Positions 36,951 to 50,426 of a DNA stretch of 64,000 nt are shown in pieces. The number at the start of each line of letters is the position of its first letter. Position 1 is the first letter of the stretch. This DNA comes from Sminthopsis crassicaudata. Its lineage: Eukaryota. The stretch lies in the NCBI RefSeq assembly GCF_048593235.1, contig NC_133618.1, positions 112,321,105-112,385,104 on the forward strand, given 5' to 3'. Below the pieces are notes generated by a model. The model worked only from the letters and a program-made list of their open reading frames with translations. It did not search any database and was not told the DNA's origin. The position numbers were made by a program, and so were the translations under genes.

Positions 36951-37933
36951 GAATAATGAAATTGAAATCGAGATTTCAGAGAGTTAAGAAGAGAATGAGA
37001 GCAAAGTCCTCTATGGTAAATGGCTTTCTTTTAAGTTAGTTTTCTTTTAGGAGGAGACATAAGGGATAATAGGCAGCAGAGAGAGACAGATGAATGATGA
37101 TTTTTTTGAGGAAGAGAAGATAATGGGCATGATTGTATGTAATAGTCAAGCATCCAGTAGACAATGAAAGACTGAAGATTACTCAGAGAGTGGTCATGAC
37201 CGAAGAGCTATTACTTAAACAGTCTATCAATATAAGGTCTGCCAAATTAAGGAAATGAGTTTAGTCTGGAATGAGAGGCAAAATCTTGAAGGAAAATACT
37301 GAGTTGAACCTTTTTTGTATATTCAGCCTGTAAAGTAATGTCTTACACATAGTGTACAGTTATTAGATGTCTGATTGAATGAATCCATGTAAACTTATAC
37401 TGAGTATAATCAGAGTCAGAATCAATAAATATTCATTAAGCATCTACTATTTACCAGGCACTGTGCTAGATCCTGGGGAGACAAAGAAAGGTACAAGGCA
37501 TTAAGATTTAGATTATTAGCTCTTCAAGGGAACTTACAATTGAAAGAGGGAAGACAGTAAATAAAAAGAAGCTGAAAAGGAGTAGAGTAGTGAAAGGATA
37601 GATAATGAAATATTGAAGGCAGGATAGACAATATCTGAAGATGTTTGTGGAACAGTGCTAGTTTTTTAAAATAGTATTTTAGTTTTTCCCCTCGATATGT
37701 CAAGAAAACTTAGTACAATTTTGCTGATAGTATATACAGTGTTTTCCTGGTACTGCTCTTCTCACTTTGCATCAGTTCATACAAGCCTTTACAGGTTTTT
37801 CTGAAATCTATCTGTTCATCATTTCTTATTGGACAACAGTATTCCATTCCATTCATATACCACAACTTGTTCAACCATTCCCCAATTGGGGAATTTCTCA
37901 GTTTCCAATATTTTGCCATCCTAAAAAGAGCTG

Positions 37934-37978
<45 letters not shown>

Positions 37979-38456
37979 AGCACATGCAGGGTTTTTCCTC
38001 CCTTTTTTGTGATCTCTTTGAGATACAGACTGAGTAGTAGTACTGTTGGATGAAAGAGTATGTACAGGTTGGTTCCCCTTTAGTCAAAGTTTTAAATTGC
38101 TCTGTGAATGGTTAGATTAGTTCACAACTCTATCACAGTGATCTACTGTCCCAATTTTCCCACATCTTCTCCAATACTTATTGCTTTCCTTTTTTTGTCA
38201 TGTTGGTCAATCTGATAGGTGTGATGTCATATCTAAGAGTTGCTTTAATTTGCATTTTTTCTAATCAAAAGTGATTTAGAGCACTTCTTCATATGCCTAT
38301 AAATAACTTTGATTTATTCATCTGAAAACTGCCTGTTCATAACCTTTGACTATTTATTAGTTGGAGAATGTCTTATATTCTTATAAATTTGACTCATTTT
38401 CTCCATATATTTGAGAAATGAGGCCTTTATCAAAGATACTTGCTGTTTTCCACAGA

Positions 38457-39214
38457 CAATTTGGAACTATGCCCAAAGGGCTCTCAAGTTGTGCATAATA
38501 TTTGATCCAACAGTGTCTCTTCTGGGTCTGTATTCCAAAGAGGTCATTATAAATGGGAAAAGATTCACATGTGCAAAAATTTTTGTAGCATCCCTTCTGG
38601 TAGTGGCAAAGAACTGGAAAGTGAGTGAATACCTATCACTTGGGGAATGGCTGAATAAATTAAGGTATATTAATGCTATGAAATATTATTGTTTTATAAG
38701 AAATGATCATCAGGATGATTTCAGAAAGACCTGGAGATACTTTTCATGAACTGATACTAAGTGAACCAAAAGAACATTGTACATAGTATCAAAATTAGGT
38801 GATGATCAACTACAATGGATTTTACTATTTTCAATAATGAGGTGATTCAGGATAATTCCAATAGAGTTGTGATGGAGAGAGCCATTTGAATCTAGAGGGA
38901 AGATTTATAGGGATTGAATGTGGATTACAGCATAGTATTTTCACCTTTTGTTGTTGTTTGTTTGCTTGCTTGCTTTTTCTTCTCTCATTTTTTCCCTTTT
39001 TGAACAGATTTTTCTTCTGCAGCATGATAAATGTAGAAATGTCTTTAGAAGAATTGCACGTTTAACCTACTTGCTCTCTAGGGAAGGGGAGTGGTAGAGA
39101 AAGAGGGAGAAAAATATGGAACACAAGATTTTTCAAGGGCAAATGCTGAAAACTATCTGTGCATGTATTTTGAAAAACAAAAAGCTATTATTTAAAAAAA
39201 AAAAAAAAAAAAAA
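38457..39214 (+). mobile_element. Sense L1 3' end with poly(A), nested in the antisense L1
   Basis: ACAATTTGGAACTATGCCCAAAGGGC start; ORF2 C-terminal peptide (IWNYAQRALKLCIIFDP); 3' UTR; poly(A) at 39194-39214. Confidence 0.85.
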
Positions 39215-39216
39215 GA

Positions 39217-39371
39217 GGGGCAGCTAGGTGGCGCAGTGGATAGAACACCAGTCCTGAATTCAGGAGGACCTGAGTTCAAATGTGGTCTCAGACACTTAAC
39301 ACTTCCTAGCTGTGTGATCCTGGGCAAGTCACTTAACCCCAGCCTCAGAAAAAGAAAAAAAAAAAAAAAAA
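39217..39371 (+). mobile_element. WSINE1-like SINE inserted in the L1 poly(A)
   Basis: Intact head GGGGCAGCTAGGTGGCGCAGTGG, core, A tail; flanked by A(n)GA on both sides. Confidence 0.9.
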
Positions 39372-40047
39372 GATTGCCTCCCTCCCACCTTTCTGCTTTC
39401 CTTCTAATTTTGGCTGCATTGGTTTTGTTTGTACAAAAGTTTTAAAATTTAATATAATGAAATATAATGAAAATTATGTATTCTGCAATTTGTAATGATC
39501 TTTATCTCTTGTTTTATCATAAATTTTCCCCCTTTCCCATAGATATGACATGTAGATTATTCCTTGGTGTTTTTTAAAATTTGCTTATTGTATTTAATAT
39601 TCTATTTTACTTCCTTAGTTTCTTTCTTGTTTATTTTCTGGTTGTAACAGAGCTAATTTTATCTAGTAGGATGTTGAGATCTCGAAGTCCAAGAGAACAA
39701 TGGGGTAGAAAATGATTGCTATCTCTTTTTCTGAATGAAATTTATCCCTTCTATAATAGGTTCTTGTATTTTAACAAGAATTGAAGTAAAAATCAATACT
39801 CCTCCCATGTTAGAAAAATTAACATTTTTGCCTCCCTCTTTTTGAATATCAGGATGATTTTTATTTGTAGTCAGTGCTCTGCCACTTCTCCTATATGAGT
39901 CTATACAGAGTGAAGCAACTTCTGAAGTATAATTTTGGTTCTAATTATAATTGATGTTTTATGTATCTGCCTTGTACAGGGGGAGCCAAAGCAAGGCAAA
40001 TGTAAAAGAACAGAATTCATTAAGTATGGCCTAAATTACAGCTGAGG

Positions 40048-40270
40048 GCAACAAGGGGACACAGTGTATTGAATGGGGGGGGGGGCAAAATCAGGAAGAT
40101 CTGAGTATACATCTGGCCTCAAACACCTTGGGCCAGTCACTTAAAACTTTTTGCTTTCATTCCTCATCTGTAAAATGAGCTGGAGAGGAAATGGCAAATC
40201 ACTTCAGTATTTCTACCAAGAAAACTCCATATGAGATCATGAAGAGTCAAATGTGATTGAATAATAGCAA
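40048..40270 (+). mobile_element. Mar1-like SINE
   Basis: TTCCTCATCTGTAAAATGAGCTGGAGAGGAAATGGCAAATCACTTCAGTAT core plus RTE-type tail. Confidence 0.7.
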
Positions 40271-42189
40271 CATATCATCTGACTCACAAAGATTTGGGAG
40301 GCTCTCACAAAAGGAATCAACTGATATCTCCACATCTTTTTCTAGCTTTGGAATGCAATTAATTCACATGTGCAAAAATGTTAGTAGCAGCCCTTTTGGT
40401 AGTGGCAAGGAACTGGTGAATGAATACTCATTAGTATTGAAAAATTAGTTGCTTTCAAAAATGCATAACATTCCAACCAAGAGACATCATCTGTTACTGG
40501 ATCTCCTAATACAGGTTACTTCATAGTCCCCTAAGGAAAAATACAATTGTCTTCATAGTTAATATACATATTACTTCAATTCCTTAGAATATTGAGATGG
40601 TCCTATCAACATATTTACAGTTTTTCTAATTCTTAATTCACTACTCAATCCATCACCCCATTTCCTTTCTTCCCTTCCATGTTTCCCAAACTCAGCATTA
40701 TGTCAACAAAACAATCCCCTTCAATCTATCAAGTTTTAATAGGAATTACCCACCAACCTTTGCATCAAAGGGACGGTCTGAGGCAGAGTTACCTTAGCAT
40801 GCATTTGCAATACCAATACCTGAAAGTGTCCATAAGCTCTGTTCCTAGAAGATGTTATATGAGACTCCTACTCTGGTTCCTATTATTATAAACCTTTGGG
40901 CTATTTGAAAGAATTTTATCTATTCCCCCACTTTTCCTAACATTAACTTGCATGCCCATTAGTCTGGGCTATTTGTTTAAGTATAGTGTACCTGTTTGGT
41001 CGGTTCGAACAGGAATTAGGAAGTCCTGTTGATGGTAGCTTTCAGTATTACTTGGGTCCTGTACAGGCTTGCTGTTTCTCAGATTATTTATACAATTTAT
41101 TTGTCTGCATTCTCTTACTTCCCTATCTCCAAAATTCATCTTAATGCAATACAGCCTTTAGTGCCAAACCAATTTTTTCTAATACATGTTTTCCCTAAAG
41201 CCCCAATACCTTCATTCCTTTGTTCTGATTTATTGCTGCTGCCTAACCACAGCTACGAGGCAGAAAAAATAATAATAATAAAAATTTTAAAACCCCAGTA
41301 ACAAGCACATCAGGATTAACACACTAGGTCTATGTTAAACCACCCAACAATGAACTAACTCATCTTTAATTTATTAGCTTGATCCTGATATAAACTCTGA
41401 ATGAAAAGTAAAATGTTGTATAGATTAATAATATTAAGTTTGCAAAACAAACCCAAGAAAAATGGGAAATGCCAAGTGAAGGGAGATGTTCCATCTTTAA
41501 TTCATTGGCCTGTGCTTAGGTATTTTCATACATGTGCAATATAGGCTGATGCCTGTATTTAAAGTCTATGGTACTGAAGACCACCAGTGCAAGTTATAGC
41601 CAGAATGGAAGATTAGTCTAAACTTTCAGTTCTACTTTGGTTGAAACTTTCACATAGCATAAATTTCATTTTCATGGAGTTTTAGTTTTGATCCCAGGAT
41701 TACATGATTATGAAGGTTCCAGACAAATATTTTCTCATTACATAAGTCAAAAACTCTAAATCACTATGTTCTGTTTCAAGACATATAAAATAATCTAATT
41801 GTTTGGAAAATAATCACTATATAAAATAAATAATATACAATTAGAAATGAAACAGTAGTTTTGGAGATAGAAGAATAAAATTTAGTGACCTGTAAAATAT
41901 AATCCCACTATCAGATGATGTGGGCCTTTGAAAGGTTCATGTGAACTTTTCTAATTTAGAGAGGTCTTTTTAAATAATGAGAAGTGAAAATAACATAATA
42001 CTTGTAAATGAATAAAATTCATATGCTTTTCAGCATATAGTTGAGTAGACCAACAAATATAACCTTACAATTAGCACATTAATTATGTAAAGGAGAGGAT
42101 GATCAAATTCTTATAAAGTTTAATAGTTCAAATAAAATTTTCTCCCTTAGAATTTACAGAAACCTCTCACCTATATTTCAAATTCTTTA

Positions 42190-42740
42190 CACTCACTGTA
42201 TCCACTCTTTTTTCTCTTAATGATTCACAATACTTGCAATTTATATTATCATTCATCTGAAACTGTTTTCTTCAAAGTTACCAATGATCTCTTCATTGAT
42301 AAATCTTTCAAAGTCCTTATGACCTCCTGGTTGCTCTTGACATTGTTGACCTTCCTCTCCTGTGCATTTTCTTCTCTTTGGGTTTCTGTGATCCTGCTCT
42401 CTGCTAATTCTTCTCTTTATGTTTGATTGGTCTTTTCCAGTCACCTTTGCTGGCTTATTATCCACATCACCCTCCCTAATTGCAAATACTTTATAAGGCT
42501 CTGTCCTAACCTTTCTCTTCTCTTTTTATGCTATGCTCCCATAAATTCAATTATCATTCCTGTGCAAATGGCTCACAGAGCTATATATATCCAGCCCCAA
42601 ACTTTTCCCTGAGCTTCAGACCACAGTAATAACTTACAATTAGACATTTCAAACTGAATGTCCCAGAGATATCTCAAGCTCAACATATTCAAAACTGACC
42701 TCATTTATATTCTCCTAGAACTACCTTGTATCTGTTCTGT
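42190..42740 (+). mobile_element. L2 RT-region fragment
   Basis: ORF 42220-42426 contains HSSETVFFKVTNDLFI, a degenerate L2 RT motif. Confidence 0.7.
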
Positions 42741-42758
42741 ATAATGTGTATAAATATA

Positions 42759-42821
42759 CTTCTTCTACTTCTTCCTTCTTCTTCTTCTTCCTCCTCCTCC
42801 TTCTTCTTCTTCTTCTTTTTT
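42759..42821. repeat. (CTT)n(CCT)n(CTT)n triplet tract (SINE tail)
   Basis: Read directly; pure pyrimidine from 42768 to 42821. Confidence 0.95.
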
Positions 42822-42958
42822 GGCTGAGGCAATTGAGGTTAAGTGACTTGCCCAGAGTCACACACCTAGGAAGTGTTAAGTATTTGAGGTCACATTGGAA
42901 CTCAGGTCCTCCTGACTTCAGGGCTGGTACTCTATCTACTGCACCACCTAGCTGCCCC
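42822..42958 (-). mobile_element. WSINE1-like SINE
   Basis: GGTTAAGTGACTTGCCCAGAGTCACACACCTAGGAAGTGTTAAG...GCACCACCTAGCTGCCCC is the reverse complement of the other two copies. Confidence 0.9.
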
Positions 42959-43208
42959 CTAAAACTTCTTTATGGGAAAAACTTCTTAAGAGGGAAATTT
43001 AAGAGCATAAAGAACCAAAGTCCAAGTCCAAAATATTTGAATATTTCATGTAAAAAACTTTTTAGTTCGAAAGTTTCTAATTCATAGGAAAAAAATTTCC
43101 AAGCCAAATGATCTTTCCCTTCTTATTGGAATTCGATTTCTAATCCTCCTGCCACACATACATCCACTGATTTCCAGTCTACTCCCCCACATACTTTGTA
43201 CACACTGC

Positions 43209-43245
<37 letters not shown>

Positions 43246-43506
43246 ACATACACGTACTATATACCCACTGATTTACAACACACAGATTTACAACACATAT
43301 CACTTACCCACCACTTATATGTTACAAATCAGCACAGCACCATGATATTCTAGTGCCCTCTGGAAATTCTTGAATTTACAGAATGACTTGAATAACAAAC
43401 AAACTCACAAGAATCTTGGACTCTTCTTACACATATTTAGGTTAATTGTTATTCAGGTTAACTTTGTAGAAAAAACATAAGCAATATGAATGTCTCAGAA
43501 CTATGT

Positions 43507-43649
43507 NNNNNNNNNNNNNNNNNNNNNNNNNNNNNNNNNNNNNNNNNNNNNNNNNNNNNNNNNNNNNNNNNNNNNNNNNNNNNNNNNNNNNNNNNNNNNN
43601 NNNNNNNNNNNNNNNNNNNNNNNNNNNNNNNNNNNNNNNNNNNNNNNNN
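43507..43649. other. Assembly gap
   Basis: N run. Confidence 1.
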
Positions 43650-43791
43650 AGCAACTAAATGACAGCAGATATTTAATAAATGTATGTTGAATTATAATAG
43701 AGGTTTTTTCAGCAAAGTGATCTTCTGAAACTACTCAGTATCCATCTTCACACAGCTGTTGCCCACTGAAGAGAACCTTTCCCTTTCACAG

Positions 43792-43877
43792 AAACTAGGG
43801 GTCCATCTGTGTCATTGGGCAACTGCGGTTGGTTGGCTTCAAGCCTACTCCCAGCTCCCTGAGCACAACAAACATTG
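43792..43877 (+). other. Candidate 86-nt exon
   Basis: CCTTTCCCTTTCACAG acceptor and TTG|GTAAGG donor; one frame open (KLGVHLCHWATAVGWLQAYSQLPEHNKH), unrecognised. Confidence 0.25.
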
Positions 43878-46800
43878 GTAAGGTCAGTATTCTGTAGGAC
43901 CCAGCCTTTGACCTGGACTGATCCTAGTTTCACTGACTTGTTTTGGCATTCAGTCCTGATTCTGTCTGTGTGCTCAGCTCCTGTGACTGCATTGCACCAG
44001 TTGCCTCACAACATAAGGGGGCATGCCTTTTGCCTTGGTTCTCTTCAAATTCTGCACTCTTTTTTTTTAAAAATCATACAACCCTAGACATCAAATTGTA
44101 TTATTCAGATTGTAAAAGATTATACACCTCAGCTTCCTGCTACACTGCTACAGTGCCCACATCAGGACTAGACACGTCCTGGGGAACATCATTCCTGATT
44201 GCTTCATATTCTATCCTAGTAAGAGTGTTGCCTCTCCAGTGGACCTCTGTGTTTCTGTTTGGAAACTCTTTCTTCTGGAAAACAGGTGGTTTCCTGAAGC
44301 TCCAGAATGAAGATCCAATTCCCTCTGCTATTCCCTCTGCCTGCTCCAAAATTTTCCACAGAAAGTATTAGCATATCTGATTTTACATCAGTTTTCTCAG
44401 AAAATAGGAAATGCATTGAGACTATGGGGTGAGTGTGATTTTTTAGATTTGCATGAGCATGTGTACGTGTGTGTATGTGTTACATCCTTGGACTTCTGCA
44501 TTCCACCCTAAACTACTTCACTCACCTCTACAAATTCAAGTCCCTGGCTGGAATCACCATTTCTTGTGGAGCCCCAGACATACTGCTCACTTAATTTTCA
44601 ATTCAAATGCCATTGCTCCTTCTCCTCTCCAATTGCCTTATTCCCTTCATCTCCCCTTTCCCCAGCTTTCCTTTATGTGTTGTTTTTTCCCCATTACATT
44701 ATAAGCATTTTGAGAATGGAAAACCACCTTCTTGTTTTTTGTTTATGTATCTCCCAGCACTTAGCTCTATGCCTGGCACATAGCAAGTGATTAATGAATG
44801 CTCTATTTCTCTATCTATCTATCTGTCTGTCCATCTCAATTAAAAATCCCTCAGAAGTATAAAAAGAATGTCTATCCTTTTATAAACATAAATAATGTTC
44901 TTATTTTGGTTTTTTTCTTTAACATTTAAGAATTATCCTCCCATTGCATTTTGAAAAATGTCTAAATTCAGAAAATGAGAGAAAATTCTCTCCTCTTCTC
45001 TCTCCCAAGTATACTGAATGTGGGGGATGGCTTTCCAAAGGATCACTTGCATTCCATGTGTTAGAACAGCACATTTATGTGGACAGCATCCAAAATTTCC
45101 TGGCTGGGTCTGCAAAAGTGAATTTCAACCAGGGGCACTTAAACAGAACTTCCTCCTCACATTGAAATAGGGATGTGTAAATAAAAAGAGCAGGATCCAC
45201 AATCAGGCCTCAGGGTTTCAGTCCAGAACCAATACCACCTCCTGACAGAGACATCCATCACCCGATTTGCACAGCTGAAACTGAGTGCCCTCATCAGTCC
45301 TCAGGAAGGTGTCTTGGAATAGTACTATTTATTCTATCATAGGATCACAGAACTGAAAAGGACCCTAGAAATCACCTAGCCCATCCCTTTCTTTTAATGA
45401 TGGGAGAAACTGAGTCCCAGAAGAGAAAAATGATTTTACAAGATCACCCAGATAATAACAGAGTTGGGCATTCGAAATTAAGACCTGTGACTCCAAATTC
45501 ATACTCTTTTTCCCTGGACTCCATTTGATCCCTTCACTTCAATTCAAGCATTTATCTGACTAAAAAGAAGTTAAAACAAAAAGCCACCTCTTCACCTTCC
45601 TTAAAGATTATAATGCTATGGAGGTATATCTAATACTTTCTTCAAAAGCTAATAAGTCTCATTAGCAATTAATATGGGAAATGGACAAAGGCTATAGCTA
45701 CCCAGACACAGTTAACTGCTTTGAAACACATTCCCTTTATGCAATGTGCTCTCTTCACATTCCTAGAGTTTCCAATAGTCTCATAAAAGGGATTTAAGTG
45801 ATTGTCAGCAAAGCACAAAAGGGTACAAATGTATATTCACTGGGGGCAATGTGGTGCAATGTTAGTGTTTCTATATCTTAGCCATTCACAATAGTGGTTT
45901 TTTTTTTGGGGGGGGGATTCCCCCCTTTTGGATTTCCATAGCTGTGCAGTTTTTCTAATAATCACCATGCTTCCTTGTTTGGCTTTCATTGAAAGTCACC
46001 TTTGCATTAATAAAGGATTGTCCCATGAAGGCCATTCCAGCAGCATCTTCTCTGGGCCTAGGGGGCAGTGCATATAAATGCCAAATGATATAATTATAGA
46101 AATATGACTTATTGAGGAAACCTAGTACCATAAGAGGAATTATAGTCTGCTTTAAGTCTTCAGAAAAGGTAAACATCTCAGGAAATGTTTTCTACTCTCT
46201 GCTCTGCCCTCCAATTCCCCCAATTCCAAGAGCCTCTGAGAATAATAGCAATATCAGATTGTTTTGTTATTTTAAAAGAGCATTGCCTTACTGGATGGCA
46301 CCCTTCCTGTGTCCCGAAGCCCCTCTCTCCTACCACTTTGTTGTGCCTTTTGGAACATCCAATCCATTTTTAACAGAGTACCCTTCATATTATACTTCTG
46401 CCCTCACTCTGGAAATTACTATGTCTATAAAAAGACTTTAAAAGATGATGCCCCTATATATAAGAAAGATTAAGGTAAGTTGTCTTTCCACTTAAGAGTG
46501 TAATAATACTCCTGGGGGAATAGCTTCTACATTTAAGCAAAAACAGTTATAAAGATAATGGCTAAGGAAGCCTCTTTCCCTGTAAATATCCTTCCTCTTG
46601 GGTAAGCTGATAAATAGGAGGTAGGCATACAGGAGCAACAATTTGTTAATCCCCAATGGGGTTCACACAGTGTCCACAAAAAGGAACACTCTCTCCTCCT
46701 TAGTCCCAAGGTAATTTGAATCTACTTTAAGGGATTTATTTTATTTAGTCTAGGGAATTTTTTAAAATTCACATTGGATTATTAATCTTTATCTGTTTAC

Positions 46801-49800
46801 ACTCGCCTATAAATAAACTTCTAATTGTCTAATTAATATGATTGCAGACTGACTAAACAGGTTTGTGATTTCCTGGGGTGGTGGGAAGGGGAGGGTATAA
46901 ATCATTATGTTGTAATCTCACAAGAGCTCTCTCTTTTCCTAGACTGGCCAGTTTCCCCAATCTCTATCCACAATGCTAACATTGATTACTTAGCAATAGT
47001 TAGAGGCCACCAAATCCTTTTGCAGAAAGAGAAGTAGAAAATGCAAAAAGTAGAGGAGCACTGTTCATTGGATTTTCATTAGATAAACATCAGGTACTTT
47101 TGAGGAACAACAAAAAAATGGCTTTTCTTCTTAGATTGTTATTCCTTTGACATCTTGGAGACAGAGAAAAGGGGTAATATCTCCGAATGATGCTTTCATT
47201 AGCTCCTAAATCTGTCCTTTTCAGCCCATCAAACATACTCATCAGCCTCAGCACCTGCAATCCAGTAATCAAGCATTATTTCTTTAAATGGAAAACCTGG
47301 GGGATTATAAAATGCTTGGGTGTCCAACATCTCTCCACCTGATACCAAGATAGAAGCTACCACATGAACATTGAACTCTGCCTTCTTAATCCATCTTTTT
47401 CATATCTTTCTTCTAGCATTCTTTTAGCAAAATCCCAGAATCCTAGTGTCCCAATATCAATGATGGTGGATTCTGGGGAAATATTTGCATATGAATATTC
47501 ATATAACTTGTAATTTACATATGTTGTTTTCTAGGAATAGAACATAAGTTCCTTAAGGGCAGGGGCTATTTTGTTTTTTGTTTTTCTAACCCCTCTGTGT
47601 ACCACAGTTTCTAATAAATGATAAATAAAGTAATAATTAATTATTAGATTAATTATAATAATGTGCTAGATAATGCATGATAATTAATTAATTAAATCAA
47701 TCAATTAATTGAATTGATCTTCACAATTCTAAGAGGTTCACAGGACAAATATTATTAGTCTTGTTCTACAGTTCAGGAAAATTGAACTTCAGAGAAGTTA
47801 ATGACTTGTCCCAAGTCACATAGCCAGTAAAATAAGTATTCTCTAAGATCTTGAATTTTTGTTCTCAGATCTCCTCCTCGACCAAAGAGAAACTGTGTGC
47901 CTAAAAGAACTATAAAACACAGCTTTAAATCCCAGCTCAACTTAACCCACAATAAAAATATTTCTCTATAAGTAACCATTTTCTAAATTAGCCTCATTTC
48001 AAATTGTATCTAATATAAAATATTTTAAAATAAGAGACAATTAAAATGTAAAATAAGAGAACTAGCAGAATGCAAAAGACTATCTTTCTTGGATAGACCC
48101 AAGTGAAACGATAAACAGGCCTTATTGTCAAATGCTTTATTTTTGGCAAGGAAAAATGGGTAAGGGAATTCCAGATAGAGATATTCTTTGGAAAGTAAAT
48201 TGTTTTCATTTCCCTAAGACTTCTGTTGGAAAAGCATATAAAAGTGATTTGCATCTGTGAGCTGGGTTCATAGGGTAAATGAATGCAGTAACATAGACCC
48301 AAATATGAAAGTGGATATTGAGCTAGCTAAAGCAGCCTTGCATTTAGGTGCAAGACTAGAAGATATCAACCTTTTTACTGGTCTGATGAAATTTCTCAAA
48401 CCCGTTCTTCATTTACCATGTCATAAATGCTTTTGAAAGATTCACCAATTTGCCAGTGAGGTAACAGTAGCAACAAAACAAACAAACAAACAAAACTCCA
48501 CAAAAACAAGCCAACAACTATATCATAAATTCTCTACACTATATTTTTAATAATTATTAAAAAAAAACTTTACCTATCTATTGAACTTATTTCCTCTCTC
48601 TAGACTATGAGTAAATTTTCCACTTAGTTTTGGGGACGTCATAGACTGACTACTTAAAAAGGAAATCACTCTGAGGACATTTGACACACCAGCAGCTAAG
48701 GTACAAAGCTCCCAGTATAAACTCCCAAAAGACTCTGGGAAATTGTAGAAGCTATCCAAAAGATATTTATAGATTATGTATTAGTAGAGATAACTTTTCT
48801 TGCCTGTTGTGCATCTAAATGCTTCATTTCCATAATGTTATTTGGATGAACATCTGCTGTTTCCTGTGTAGGGAATGAATCTTTTCTTCTCTTGTTGGGT
48901 TATATTATATATTGGGAAAGTTTCTGATAGCTAGCACAAAAAAAAAAAAAGAAAAAGAAAACAAAGTTAAACAAATGAATCAGCAGCTCCAGGGCCAGAG
49001 TGATTCTGGGCATGAGATTGGCCCCATTGTGCTTCTAGGCTATTGTAGGGTAGCCTGAGCAGTTGCCATGGAGTTGGAGACCCAGCCAACTGAGCTGCTT
49101 TAAACAACCAGCAGCTGCTTACTTAAGAAAGAAAGGACAATGGCAGCCACAGCTCCAAATGCCCCCTTTCTCCTCTGAGGCCTGACCTGAAGATTGTTTT
49201 CTCATTAGGTTTCTTTTTATTTATTTATTTTTAGGCATCAACTTTCCTTGAACTTTCCCCACTCATTTGTATTTCACTTGGCTGGACAACGATTCTCTCC
49301 CCTTCTCTTAGGAAATATGTTTTCCCTTTAACAGTTCCTGAGGATTTCCATCTCCTGCCCCACCTCCTGCCATGTTTATTTGGAAAAAAAACAACAGCCC
49401 AGAACAAAGTAGCTGTATTAAAACCACTGTTGGTTGAACTCCAACTCTTTCTAGCTAAAGTGCCGCTAGGCTGAGCAAAGGTGGCTTCTGCCTAACATTT
49501 AAGGTCATATTGAATGCAATGGATCCTGAGTTGACTAGACAAAGTTGTCTTTTCAACCATCACTTGCTTAAAGAAACACATGTACCTGTGTTGGTAAATG
49601 CAATGATCTTAAAAGGTCACTTATCACAAATTGCATTTGAGGAACATGTTGACTACGATGGAATTGAGGAAGAAGAAGACATTTTAGTCTTTCAACAAAT
49701 AGATAAAATTGTAAATTGTTCTCAAACAGTTCAATAGGCTCTATCATCCCTCCATCTTCTACCTGCATAGGTAGTTGAATTCTCAAGCCCTCTCTCAGGT

Positions 49801-50426
49801 TGGAGGGCATTCATATTCTCTACCTTAATAAGCTCAGATGCTTCATTCTTACAAAGATGTAAATGTGTTTATCTTTACTTGGGTTATTTCCATTTTAAAC
49901 TGAAGGTAGAGATTTAAATGAAATTATAGATATTAGTCTGTAAGAATTAGAGGAGTTAGAATTTAAGAATTCTAGATTTAAGAATCAAGAACTCTAAGAA
50001 TTTAGAGGCAGAGATAAATTTGTCTTCAATGGTTTTCTTAGACTTCTTACATTTACATCAATTAAAATTTACATTTAAAAAAGGCTAATCCTGAATATCA
50101 CCATTCATCCCAGGCTATGCATATAAGATGTCTGGCTATTACACTAGGAAATCCAAGAAAATTTCAACTCTTTGCCTTTCTCTATCACTGGGGTTTCTTA
50201 GGGCTAAAGTGATTTGTTCTGAAAACAAAACAAAACAAAACAAAAAAAAAAAAAAAAAACAACTGAGACTAAATTTCAAAATGTGGCCCACAATTCCAAA
50301 ATATCAATAATGAAGCATATTACCTACTTCTTGACACAGAGATAATGGACTCAGGCTGCAAGATAATACATTTTTTAAAAAAAATTGCCAATGCAGGAAT
50401 TTGGTTCATTTGACTATGCATATTTG

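Larger units (their letters stand above)
37700..39570 (-). mobile_element. Old antisense L1 (ORF2 3' part), split by a younger L1 and a SINE
   Basis: Antisense L1 ORF2 C-terminus (ORF 37710-37919) to about 38450, resuming at about 39373 (CTTTCTGCTTTCCTTCTAATTTTGGCTGCATTGGTTTTGTTTGTACAAAA); contains (TA)n at about 37935-37974. Confidence 0.75.

Noticed and set aside
37700-39214. Twin-primed (5'-inverted) single L1
   Set aside because: The two arms cover overlapping consensus sequence, differ in divergence, and the antisense copy resumes after the poly(A).
49510-49810. Overlapping ORFs 49510-49737 (+) and 49568-49810 (-) as coding
   Set aside because: No recognisable homology and no convincing splice-site pair.
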